32,000 nt of DNA, taken from NCBI RefSeq assembly GCF_005080705.1, contig NZ_CP032996.1, positions 1 through 32,000 of the forward strand, given 5' to 3'. The stretch comes from Buchnera aphidicola (Therioaphis trifolii) (lineage in GTDB: Bacteria > Pseudomonadota > Gammaproteobacteria > Enterobacterales > Enterobacteriaceae). Both the position numbers and the translations under genes were made by a program. Shown here one piece after another: positions 14,856 to 25,323 of the stretch (the stretch's first letter is position 1; each line of letters opens with the position of its first letter). Below the pieces are notes generated by a model. It worked only from the letters and a program-made list of their open reading frames with translations, made no database searches and was not told the origin of the DNA.

Positions 14856-16217
14856 ATGACTGATACTATAATAGCACAATCTACTCCTTATGGAAGATCT
14901 GGAGTAGGTATTTTAAGGATATCTGGAAGTAAAGTACAATATATTGCTAATAAAGTTTTAGGAACATTACCTTCTCCAAGATATGCGTATTATTCGTCTT
15001 TTTTAGACTCTATTGGCGATGTTATTGATCAAGGTCTTGCAATATGGTTCCCTAAACCAAATTCCTTTACAGGAGAAGATGTATTAGAATTACATGGACA
15101 TGGTAATCCAGTAATCTTAGATTTATTAATAAAATCTATTTTATCTTTTGGAAATATTCGTATTGCGCGTCCAGGAGAATTTTCGGAGAGAGCTTTTTTA
15201 AATGGTAAATTAGATTTAATACAAGCTGAATCTATTATTAAATTAATTAATGCAAATTCTGAATTTAGTATAAAATCTTCTTTAAAATCTTTACAAGGTG
15301 TATTTTCAAAAAAAATTAATAATTTAATTAATAATATTATTAATGTAAGAATGTTAATTGAAACAATATTAAATTTTCCAGATGAAGATTATAATATAAA
15401 TTTTTATAAAATAAAAAAAAAAATAGAATATATTTTTAATGATATAAAAAAAATTAATATTATTGCAAAATCAAATCATACATTTCGTGAAAGATTTAAA
15501 TTTGTTATAGTTGGACCAACTAATGTTGGAAAATCAAGTATATTTAATTTATTATCTTTAAATGATTCTGCAATAGTTACAAATATATCTGGTACAACAC
15601 GAGATGTTTTAAATGAATTTATTAATATAAAAGGAATAACAATACAAATTACAGATACTGCAGGATTTAGATTAACAAATAATATTATAGAAAAAATTGG
15701 AATTAATAAATCTTGGGAACAAATAAAAATATCAGATCATATTTTTTTTGTTCTTGATGATACATTTTCTTTATTTAAAAAAAAAAAAATAATTGTTAAA
15801 TTTTTAAAAAAAATAACTCATAAAGATAAAGTAACATTTATAATTAATAAATGTGATCTTTCTAATAGAACTCCCCAAATTAAAAAATATTATAATAATC
15901 ATACATATATTATAATTTCTGCAAAAAAAAAATATGGTTTCAAACTTTTAAAAAAATATTTAAAAAAATTAATTTTTCAATCTAATCATGATAGTATAGA
16001 AACAATTTTTTTAGTGAGACGTAGACATTTAAATATTTTAAGATTAATTAAAAAACAAATAAAATATGCTAAAATAAATTGTTTTATTTTAAAAAATATA
16101 GAATTATTAGCTGAAGATTTAAAAATTATACAAAATATGTTAAATGAAATTACTGGTTCAGTTACTTCGAATGATATTTTAAATTCTATATTTAAAAATT
16201 TTTGTATTGGAAAATAA
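14856..16217 (+). CDS. mnmE: tRNA modification GTPase MnmE (TrmE/ThdF)
   Basis: 453-aa ORF. N-terminal DTIIAQSTPYGRSGVGILRISG, G-domain G1 GPTNVGKSS, DTAG, NKCD, and the diagnostic C-terminal CIGK. Contains three in-frame A tracts of 10-13 nt. Confidence 0.96.
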   Translation: MTDTIIAQSTPYGRSGVGILRISGSKVQYIANKVLGTLPSPRYAYYSSFLDSIGDVIDQGLAIWFPKPNSFTGEDVLELHGHGNPVILDLLIKSILSFGNIRIARPGEFSERAFLNGKLDLIQAESIIKLINANSEFSIKSSLKSLQGVFSKKINNLINNIINVRMLIETILNFPDEDYNINFYKIKKKIEYIFNDIKKINIIAKSNHTFRERFKFVIVGPTNVGKSSIFNLLSLNDSAIVTNISGTTRDVLNEFINIKGITIQITDTAGFRLTNNIIEKIGINKSWEQIKISDHIFFVLDDTFSLFKKKKIIVKFLKKITHKDKVTFIINKCDLSNRTPQIKKYYNNHTYIIISAKKKYGFKLLKKYLKKLIFQSNHDSIETIFLVRRRHLNILRLIKKQIKYAKINCFILKNIELLAEDLKIIQNMLNEITGSVTSNDILNSIFKNFCIGK

Positions 16218-16244
16218 AATTATTTTAATATTGTATTTTTAATT

Positions 16245-16317
16245 TGCCCGAAGGCGGAATTGAACCACCGACACGGGGATTTTCAGTCCCCTGCTCTACC
16301 AACTGAGCTATCCGGGC
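16245..16317 (-). tRNA. tRNA-Phe (anticodon GAA)
   Basis: The reverse complement folds as a 73-nt cloverleaf. Acceptor GCCCGGA/TTCGGGC, D arm GCTC-AGTTGGTA-GAGC, anticodon arm GGGGA-CTGAAAA-TCCCC (GAA), variable loop GTGTC, T arm GGTGG-TTCAATT-CCGCC, discriminator A. Nearly identical to E. coli tRNA-Phe. The 3' CCA is not encoded (next bases are AAT). It is a sharp G+C island in an A/T spacer. Confidence 0.95.
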
Positions 16318-16455
16318 AAATATAGCATATTTATTAAAACATAAAATTATAGTTTATGTCAATAGTTTTTATTATTTTTTTATAATGTATATTATTAAAA
16401 AATAATTTATTTATAATAAATATTATATTTTTATATATATATTATAATATATTTA

Positions 16456-16484
16456 CCCTTGAAAATTTTCATATGTATCCATAT
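16456..16484 (+). promoter_or_regulatory. Sigma-32 (RpoH) heat-shock promoter of groES-groEL
   Basis: CCCTTGAA (16456-16463), a 13-nt spacer, then ATCCATAT (16477-16484). The consensus is CCCTTGAA-N13/14-CCCCATNT, and the spacing equals that of the E. coli groE promoter. It lies about 110 nt upstream of the groES ATG. AAGGAG Shine-Dalgarno at 16580-16585. Confidence 0.6.
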
Positions 16485-16594
16485 AATTAAATATGTTATT
16501 AAAAGTAATTATATTTATAAAAATATATTAATTATTTAAAGAAAATAATTTTTTAGGTCGCTATTAAAAAAACGAATTTAAGGAGTATAATTAA

Positions 16595-16888
16595 ATGAAA
16601 ATTCGTCCATTGCATGACCGAGTCATTATTAAAAAAAAAGAAGTAGAGTTAAAATCAGCAGGAGGAATTGTTTTAACTGGTGCTGCAGCTGGAAAATCAA
16701 CTAGAGGTACAGTAATAGCAGTAGGTAATGGTCGTGTTTTAGAAAATGGAAATATAAAACCATTAGATGTTAAATTAGGTGATACTGTTATTTTTAATGA
16801 AGGATATGGTGCAAAAACAGAAAAAATAGATAATGAAGAAGTATTAATTTTAACAGAAAGTGATATTTTAGCAATTGTTGAAGAGTAA
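16595..16888 (+). CDS. groES: Co-chaperonin GroES
   Basis: 97-aa [32 protein letters not shown] with the mobile loop, highly similar to E. coli GroES. Strong Shine-Dalgarno sequence. Confidence 0.98.
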   Translation: MKIRPLHDRVIIKKKEVELKSAGGIVLTGAAAGKSTRGTVIAVGNGRVLENGNIKPLDVKLGDTVIFNEGYGAKTEKIDNEEVLILTESDILAIVEE

Positions 16889-16911
16889 TATATTCTTTAT
16901 AAATTAATTAA

Positions 16912-18585
<1,674 letters not shown>

Positions 18586-18616
18586 TTTTTTTTATATTTT
18601 TTAAAAATATATTAAT

Positions 18617-18652
18617 AATTACCCTAAATAAAATTTTTGTTTAGGGGTAATT
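18617..18652 (+). terminator. Putative intrinsic terminator hairpin after groEL
   Basis: AATTACCCTAAA (18617-18628) pairs with TTTAGGGGTAATT (18640-18652), giving 12 bp with one bulged G, a CCC/GGG core and an 11-nt loop. It starts 32 nt after the groEL stop. Downstream is T-rich, but the T12 run starts only at 18667, so the U-tract geometry is imperfect. Confidence 0.4.
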
Positions 18653-18693
18653 ATTATAATTTTATATTTTTTTTTTTTAATATTATATATTAT

Positions 18694-19272
18694 ATGATTT
18701 TATATACTAGTAATAATTTTAAAATAGGTTTAAAAGTATTATTTGAAAATCAACCATGTTCTATTGAAAATGTTGATTTTGTTAAACCTGGTAAAGGACA
18801 AGCATTTTCGAGAGTAAAGTTAAGAAAATTATTAACTAATCAATTAATAGAAAAAACTTTTCGTTCTACTGATGGTTTATTACGAGCTGATGTTTATGAT
18901 ATTAAATATATGTATATATATTATAATGATAATAATTGGTATTTTATGCATCGTCAAAATTTTGAACAATTATCTTTAAATAAAAATATTATTCAAAATA
19001 AATATAAATGGTTATTAGAACAAAATGATTATTTAATTACTTTTTGGAATAATAATCCTATATCAATAGAAATGAATAATTTTGTAAATTTAAAAGTTGT
19101 TTCTGATCTTTCAGGTAAAAGTTTAAATTCTACAATGAGTAATACTAAATTAAAATTATATAAATTACATACTGGTTTAGTAATGCCCTTGCCTTTATTT
19201 ATTCAAGTAGGTGATATTGTTAAAATTGATACTCGAACTGAAGAATATCATTCTAGAGTAAATAAATTATAA
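18694..19272 (+). CDS. efp: Elongation factor P
   Basis: The tracked ORF starts at a TTG (18637). Homology begins at the ATG at 18694: [47 protein letters not shown] versus E. coli [41 protein letters not shown]. The modified-Lys loop KPGKGQAF is present. 192 aa. Confidence 0.93.
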   Translation: [192 protein letters not shown]

Positions 19273-20004
19273 TTTTATTTGATTTTTATTTCTATAACTA
19301 TTCCAATTAAAATTTAAACATAAACTATTTCCAAATTTCATTCGATCAATTATTCTTTCCCCTAATATTGTTTTTATTTCATAAAAGTTTAAATTAGATA
19401 ACATTCCAGTTGATTTTTTAGAAGAATATCTTCGATCTATAATTTGATTAATAATAATTTTTTCATATTTTGATTGTGTTTGTATTCCTATTTCATCAAA
19501 AATTAATAAATCTATTTTACTTAAATAATTTATAAATTTTTCTTCAGTATTTTTTTTATCTTGATTATTAAATGTAGATTTAATTTTTAACATTAAATTT
19601 GAAATTGTAGTAATAAAAACTTTTTTTCCTTTTGATATAAGATAATTTCCAATAGCTGTAGCTAAATGATTTTTTCCAGTTCCTGGTCGACCTAAAAAAA
19701 TAAAATTTGAAATGTGATTATTAAAATTTTTTGCATAATCTTTAGTTAAAGATAATACTTTTTTATGTCCATCATGTTCAATATGATAATTTTTGAATGA
19801 ACAATTTATATATAATTTTTTAATTCCTGATTTTTTAAAATTTTTTTTGATTTTTATATTTTTATTTTTTTGAATAATTTTTTTAGAAAAAATTTTTTCT
19901 TGTTTTTTGTTCCATTTTAATAAATCTGTTTCATATTGAAATTTTGGTATAATATGAATAGGAATAATATTTTTTAATTTTTTTAAAAATTTTTTATTAT
20001 TCAT
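19267..20004 (-). CDS. dnaC: Replicative helicase loader DnaC
   Basis: 245-aa ORF, the same length as E. coli DnaC as I recall it. Collinear motifs: NCSFKNY, Walker A GRPGTGKNHLA, Walker B LLIFDEIG, SKYEKIIINQIIDRR, GERIIDRM, and NFNWNSYR. Confidence 0.93.
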   Translation of the reverse strand: MNNKKFLKKLKNIIPIHIIPKFQYETDLLKWNKKQEKIFSKKIIQKNKNIKIKKNFKKSGIKKLYINCSFKNYHIEHDGHKKVLSLTKDYAKNFNNHISNFIFLGRPGTGKNHLATAIGNYLISKGKKVFITTISNLMLKIKSTFNNQDKKNTEEKFINYLSKIDLLIFDEIGIQTQSKYEKIIINQIIDRRYSSKKSTGMLSNLNFYEIKTILGERIIDRMKFGNSLCLNFNWNSYRNKNQIKL

Positions 20005-20060
20005 TGAATTTTTTAACCTATATTTTATAATTTATTAATATAAAAATAAATTATTATTAT

Positions 20061-20627
20061 TTAATATGATTTTTTAAAAATATATAATCTATAATTAATA
20101 TTATGTGTTTTTTTTTTTTTATATAATATCCATTGTTTTGGATATTGAATTTTTTTATTACGTTTTGTTTCTATATATATATATCCTTCATTTTTAATTA
20201 AATTATAATTTTTAATTAAGTTAATTGTTTTTTGAAGAATATTACCATCATAAGGTGGATCTAAAAAAATAATATCATATTTATAAGATGTTTTTTTTAA
20301 CCAAAATAATGTATTTGTATTAATAACATTAATATTTTTAATTTTTAATCTTAAAATATTTTTTTTTAAATTATATATTATTTTTTTATTTTTTTCTAAT
20401 GCAGTAACATTTTTTGCATATCGAGATATAGATTCAATACTTAATGCTCCACTTCCGGAAAAACAGTCTAAGCATTCTGCATGTTTAATTTTATATGTTA
20501 ACCAATTAAATAATGTTTCTTTAATTCTATTTGTAGTAGGTTTTAAATTATTATTTTTAATAGTTTTTATAATTTGTCCTTTTAATATTCCTGAAATAAT
20601 TCGAATATTTTTAATATTTATGTTCAT
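20061..20627 (-). CDS. rsmD: 16S rRNA (guanine966-N2)-methyltransferase RsmD (YhhF)
   Basis: 188-aa ORF. PTTNRIKETLFNWL, SAM motif LDCFSGSGALSIES, catalytic DPPY. Divergent from ftsY as in E. coli. Confidence 0.9.
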   Translation of the reverse strand: MNINIKNIRIISGILKGQIIKTIKNNNLKPTTNRIKETLFNWLTYKIKHAECLDCFSGSGALSIESISRYAKNVTALEKNKKIIYNLKKNILRLKIKNINVINTNTLFWLKKTSYKYDIIFLDPPYDGNILQKTINLIKNYNLIKNEGYIYIETKRNKKIQYPKQWILYKKKKTHNINYRLYIFKKSY

Positions 20628-20722
20628 TGTAAAAAAATTTTTATGAATATTTTTTTAATTATTATATATTATATATTTAATTAAATTTATGTTATTATAT
20701 TTTATTAATGGTATTATGATTT

Positions 20723-21763
20723 ATGAAAAAAAATAATAGTTTATTTTCTTGGTTTAATATTTTTAAAAAAAAAAATAGTAGTAAAAAGCAATTAAAAGAA
20801 AATACTCAATTATATAATAATGAAAATAATATAAAAAATAATTCATTTTTTTCTAAAATTAAACAAAAAATTGAAAATACAAAAAATCATTTTTCTTTTA
20901 AGATTCATCAATTTTTTTTTAAAAATAAAATTGATGATAATTTTTTTAAAAAATTAGAAGAAAAATTATTAATATTTGATTTTGGAGTACATACTTCAAA
21001 AGAAATAGTTAATTATTTATTTAAAAAATATAAAAATAATCAATTTAAAGATGAAAAAGATGTATATTATGAATTAAAAAATTATCTTTTTTCAATTATT
21101 AACTTTGATAATATAAATCAAAAGCAATTTTTAAAAAATATTTATAAAAAACCTTATATTATATTATTAATTGGAGTAAATGGTGTTGGAAAAACTACAA
21201 TAGCAGCAAAATTAGCAAATTTTTATAAAAAATTAGGTAAATCAGTAGTATTATCTGCAAGTGATACTTTTAGATTTGCAGCTATTGAGCAAATAAAATT
21301 ATGGGGTAATAAAATTTCTATTCCAGTATTTACTAAAAAATATGGTACCGATCCTTCTTCTGTAATTTTTGATTCAATAGAATTTTCAATATTAAATAAT
21401 TCTGATGTTTTAATTATTGATACTGCTGGTAGATTACATAATAAAATAAATTTAATAAAAGAATTACAAAAAAATATTCAAGTAATAAATAAAAAAGTTT
21501 GTTCAAATCCAAATGAAATTTTATTAGTTTTAGATGCCTGTAATGGTCAAAATTCTATCATACAAACTAAATTATTTTCTGAAAAAATTAATAAAATAAC
21601 AGGTATTGTTTTAACAAAATTAGATGGTACAGCTAAAGGTGGAATAATTTTTTCAATAGTTAGAAATTTTTCTATTCCTATTCAATATATAGGAAATGGT
21701 GAAAAGATACAAGATTTTTATGAATTTAATGCAAAAAGTTTTATTAAAAATATGTTTTCTTAA
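20723..21763 (+). CDS. ftsY: Signal recognition particle receptor FtsY
   Basis: 346-aa ORF. NG domain with GVNGVGKTT, DTFRFAAIEQ, DTAGRLHNK, TKLDGTAKGG. The N-terminal acidic A domain is shortened and N/K-rich. Confidence 0.95.
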   Translation: MKKNNSLFSWFNIFKKKNSSKKQLKENTQLYNNENNIKNNSFFSKIKQKIENTKNHFSFKIHQFFFKNKIDDNFFKKLEEKLLIFDFGVHTSKEIVNYLFKKYKNNQFKDEKDVYYELKNYLFSIINFDNINQKQFLKNIYKKPYIILLIGVNGVGKTTIAAKLANFYKKLGKSVVLSASDTFRFAAIEQIKLWGNKISIPVFTKKYGTDPSSVIFDSIEFSILNNSDVLIIDTAGRLHNKINLIKELQKNIQVINKKVCSNPNEILLVLDACNGQNSIIQTKLFSEKINKITGIVLTKLDGTAKGGIIFSIVRNFSIPIQYIGNGEKIQDFYEFNAKSFIKNMFS

Positions 21764-21922
21764 AATTATATATATTAAATTTTTTAACCATACTATTAAA
21801 TATTTGATAAATTAAATTAATAATATTGATATAAAATATTTTAAATTTTTTATCGCGTTGTATTAATTTTTTTATTTTATTTTATATTAAAAAAAATATT
21901 TATTCAAATGGGAACTTGAATA

Positions 21923-22771
21923 ATGTATGAAATAAAATGTTTAAATATGTTGTCTTTAAATAATTTACGTTCTTATATTTATACTGTTAATTCATGGAAA
22001 ATACTTTCTTTTCAAGAAGAACGATTTTTAACAGAATTAATATATTATAATTCAGATTTATTAGCTATTAGAAATATTATTTTATCGAATTTAAGGTTTG
22101 TTGTTCATATTTCTCGTAATTATTTAGGTTATGGTTTAGCACAGTCTGATTTAATTCAAGAAGGAAATATTGGGCTTATGAAAGCAGTTCGTAGATTTAA
22201 TCCTAATATTAATGTACGTATAATATCGTTTGCTGTACATTGGATTAAATCAGAGATGCATGAATATATATTAAAAAATTGGAGAATTGTTAAAGTTGCA
22301 ACAACAAAAGTACAAAGAAAATTATTTTTTAATTTAAGAAGAAAAAAAAAAAAATTAGGTTGGTTTACTGACAATGAAATAAAATTTATTTCAAAAACAT
22401 TAGGTGTAAAATATCAAGATATTCAAGATATGGAATCAAGAATGTTAACACAAGATCTTGATTTATGTCCAAGTTTAGAAAATAAACAAATTAATAAAAA
22501 AAAAATTTTTATACCATATTTAAAAGATTTGAAATCAGATTTTTCATTTCAATTAGAAATATTTAATTGGGGAAGATGTAAAGAAGGTAAGTTTCATGAT
22601 GCATTATTAAAATTAAATGAACGTAGTCGTTATATTATATATTCTCGTTGGTTAAGAAAAAAAAATAGAAAAACTCTTTATGAAATATCAAATAATTATG
22701 ATATTTCAGCAGAAAGGGTTCGTCAATTAGAACAAAATGCAATACAAAAAATACAAATAAAAATAAAATAA
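21923..22771 (+). CDS. rpoH: RNA polymerase sigma-32 factor RpoH
   Basis: 282-aa ORF. LRFVVHISRNY, DLIQEGNIGLMKAVRRFNP, the RpoH box WRIVKVATTKVQRKLFFNLR, and C-terminal SAERVRQLEQNA. Contains an in-frame A13 tract at 22342-22354. Confidence 0.96.
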   Translation: MYEIKCLNMLSLNNLRSYIYTVNSWKILSFQEERFLTELIYYNSDLLAIRNIILSNLRFVVHISRNYLGYGLAQSDLIQEGNIGLMKAVRRFNPNINVRIISFAVHWIKSEMHEYILKNWRIVKVATTKVQRKLFFNLRRKKKKLGWFTDNEIKFISKTLGVKYQDIQDMESRMLTQDLDLCPSLENKQINKKKIFIPYLKDLKSDFSFQLEIFNWGRCKEGKFHDALLKLNERSRYIIYSRWLRKKNRKTLYEISNNYDISAERVRQLEQNAIQKIQIKIK

Positions 22772-22966
22772 TAAAATATTATTTTATATAATATTTATTA
22801 TAAAATTTTTATTTAATAATGTATATATAAATAATTTTTAAATAAAAAGTATTTTTATATATATTATATAATAAAAATTGATTGTAGTATAATTAATATT
22901 AATATGATATAATAAATTATTAAGGAAATTTTAATAATATTTATTAAATTCATAGGATATTATTTT

Positions 22967-25237
22967 ATGGCTATGATGAATCATATTTTAGGATTTCCTA
23001 GAATAGGATCTAATCGAGAATTAAAAACAGCTCAAGAAAATTATTGGTCTGGTAAAATTTCAAGAGAACAACTTTTAGATGTAGGTTCATATTTACGTTT
23101 AAAACATTGGAAACAACAAAAAAAATTAGGATTAAATATTCTTCCTGTAGGTGATTTTTCTTGGTATGATCATGTTTTAACAACAAGTATGTTATTAGGT
23201 AATATTCCAACTCGACATAAAAATAAAGATGATATTGTTGATTTAGATACATTATTTTATATTGCCAGAGGTACTGCTGTAAATAAAAAACCTGTTTTAG
23301 CATCTGAAATGACTAAATGGTTTAATACTAATTATCATTATATTGTTCCTGAATTTATTAAAGATCAAACATTTAGTTTAACATGGTGTCAAATATTTGA
23401 TGAAATAGATGAAGCATTACATCATGGATATAAAGTAAAACCAATACTTTTAGGTCCAATGACATATTTATGGTTAGGTAAAGTTAAAGGAATAAAATTT
23501 AATCGATTAAATTTATTAAAAAATTTATTACCAGTTTATCAAGAAATCTTATTAAAAATGAAAGACAAAGGTATTACATGGGTACAAATTGATGAACCAA
23601 TTTTAGCATTAGATTTACCTAAGGAATGGTTAAAAGAATTTCAATCAACTTATTCATTTTTATCAGGATATTGTAAATTATTATTAACTACATATTTTGA
23701 AAATATAGAACATAATTTAAATACAATAATTAAATTGTCTATTAATGGCTTGCATATTGATTTAATTGATGGAAAATATAATTTAATTGAATTTAATAAT
23801 AAAATACCAAATGATTGGTTATTATCATTAGGAGTAATTAATGGTCGTAATATTTGGAAATCAGATTTAAAATATTGGTTTAATATTATTCAACCTATTT
23901 TAAATTATCGAAAAAATATTTGGATTAGTTCATCTTGTTCTTTATTACATTGTCCTGTAGATTTAAATTATGAAAAAAATATACCTATAGAGGTTAAAAA
24001 TTGGTTTTCATTTGCATTACAAAAATGTTATGAAATAAATTTATTAACTAAATCTTTAAAATTAAATGATTCAAAAATTTTAGAAGAATGGAGTAATTTA
24101 TTATATACACATTCTTATTCAAATAAAATTAATAACATATCAGTACGAAAAAAAATTAATAAAATTAATGAATCTGATATTAATCGAAATACTTCGTATA
24201 ATATTCGTTCAAAAAAACAAAAATTACAATTTAATTTACCAATATTACCAACTACAACTATTGGATCATTTCCTCAAACAAAAGATATAAGAAAATTACG
24301 TTTAGATTATAAGAATAAAAGAATTAATTTTAAAAATTATAATCTAGAAATAAAAAAACATATTAAAAATGCTATTTTACAACAAGAATTATTAGATATT
24401 GATGTTTTAGTTCATGGTGAATTTGAAAGAAATGATATGGTTGAATATTTTGGTGAACATTTAAATGGGTTTGTATTTACAGATTTTGGATGGGTACAAA
24501 GTTATGGTTCAAGATGCGTAAAACCTCCAATTATTATTGGTGATGTTTATCGATCTAAACCGATTACAGTTGATTGGTTAAAATATGCACAATCTTTAAC
24601 TTATAGACCAGTTAAAGCTATGTTAACAGGTCCTGTAACGATTTTATTGTGGTCATTTTTAAGAGAAGATTTACCAAAGCAAATTATTTCAAATCAAATT
24701 GCATTAGCATTACGTGATGAAGTTTCTGATTTAGAACGTGAAGGTATAAATATTATTCAAATTGATGAACCTGCATTAAGAGAAGGATTACCATTACGAA
24801 AATTACATTGGAATCAATATTTATCTTGGGCAACTAAATCATTTAAATTATCATCTTCAAAAGTAAAAGATACTACACAAATTCATACACATATGTGTTA
24901 TTGTGAATTTCAGGATATTATGAATGCTATTGTAGAATTAGATGCTGATGTAATAACAATTGAAACTGCTCGTTCTGATATGGAATTATTACAATTTTTT
25001 AAAGAATTTAAATATCCTAATGAAATTGGTCCTGGAGTATATGATATTCATTCACCAAATATTCCAAGTATTTTAGATATTGAAAAATTATTAAATGAAG
25101 CAATGAAATATATCCCAATTGAACGTTTATGGGTAAATCCAGATTGTGGTTTAAAAACAAGAAATTGGAAAGAAACAAATTTAGCTTTAAAAAATATGAT
25201 TCTTGCAACAAAAAATATTCGTAATAAAATATTATAA
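22967..25237 (+). CDS. metE: Cobalamin-independent methionine synthase MetE
   Basis: 756-aa ORF. N-terminus [31 protein letters not shown]-terminal catalytic domain with [13 protein letters not shown], the HTHMCYCEF zinc ligands, and NPDCGLKTR. Confidence 0.96.
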   Translation: MAMMNHILGFPRIGSNRELKTAQENYWSGKISREQLLDVGSYLRLKHWKQQKKLGLNILPVGDFSWYDHVLTTSMLLGNIPTRHKNKDDIVDLDTLFYIARGTAVNKKPVLASEMTKWFNTNYHYIVPEFIKDQTFSLTWCQIFDEIDEALHHGYKVKPILLGPMTYLWLGKVKGIKFNRLNLLKNLLPVYQEILLKMKDKGITWVQIDEPILALDLPKEWLKEFQSTYSFLSGYCKLLLTTYFENIEHNLNTIIKLSINGLHIDLIDGKYNLIEFNNKIPNDWLLSLGVINGRNIWKSDLKYWFNIIQPILNYRKNIWISSSCSLLHCPVDLNYEKNIPIEVKNWFSFALQKCYEINLLTKSLKLNDSKILEEWSNLLYTHSYSNKINNISVRKKINKINESDINRNTSYNIRSKKQKLQFNLPILPTTTIGSFPQTKDIRKLRLDYKNKRINFKNYNLEIKKHIKNAILQQELLDIDVLVHGEFERNDMVEYFGEHLNGFVFTDFGWVQSYGSRCVKPPIIIGDVYRSKPITVDWLKYAQSLTYRPVKAMLTGPVTILLWSFLREDLPKQIISNQIALALRDEVSDLEREGINIIQIDEPALREGLPLRKLHWNQYLSWATKSFKLSSSKVKDTTQIHTHMCYCEFQDIMNAIVELDADVITIETARSDMELLQFFKEFKYPNEIGPGVYDIHSPNIPSILDIEKLLNEAMKYIPIERLWVNPDCGLKTRNWKETNLALKNMILATKNIRNKIL

Positions 25238-25262
25238 CATGTAATTAAATTTATTAGTTTTT

Positions 25263-25297
25263 TATAAAAAAGGGCAATTATTTTACCCTTTTTTATA
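25263..25297. terminator. Bidirectional intrinsic terminator between convergent metE and purH
   Basis: Perfect 12-bp inverted repeat: TATAAAAAAGGG (25263-25274) and CCCTTTTTTATA (25286-25297), with an 11-nt loop. On either strand the transcript reads GGG-loop-CCC followed by U6. It lies 26 nt after the metE stop and 27 nt after the purH stop. Confidence 0.6.
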
Positions 25298-25323
25298 GTA
25301 TATAAGTATAATAAATAAAAAGT

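Noticed and set aside
18637-18693. TTG-initiated 19-codon N-terminal extension of efp in the ORF track.
   Set aside because: The extension (MFRGNYYNFIFFFFNIIYY) has no counterpart in EF-P. It overlaps the groEL terminator hairpin and a T12 run. EF-P homology starts exactly at the ATG at 18694.
22156-22374. 72-aa ORF antisense to rpoH.
   Set aside because: It lies entirely within rpoH on the other strand and translates the poly(A) tract as poly-Phe. It is not credible as a gene.
22880-22900. TTGATT...TATAAT-like promoter words upstream of metE.
   Set aside because: The hexamers are only 4 nt apart. TATAAT-like strings are ubiquitous at this base composition, so this has no discriminating power without transcript mapping.
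23010-23303. 97-aa ORF antisense to the metE 5' region.
   Set aside because: It is embedded antisense in a strongly supported CDS and has Leu/Tyr/Lys-rich nonsense composition.
25017-25211. 64-aa ORF antisense to the metE 3' region.
   Set aside because: The same reasoning applies. It overlaps the conserved catalytic C-terminus of metE on the opposite strand.
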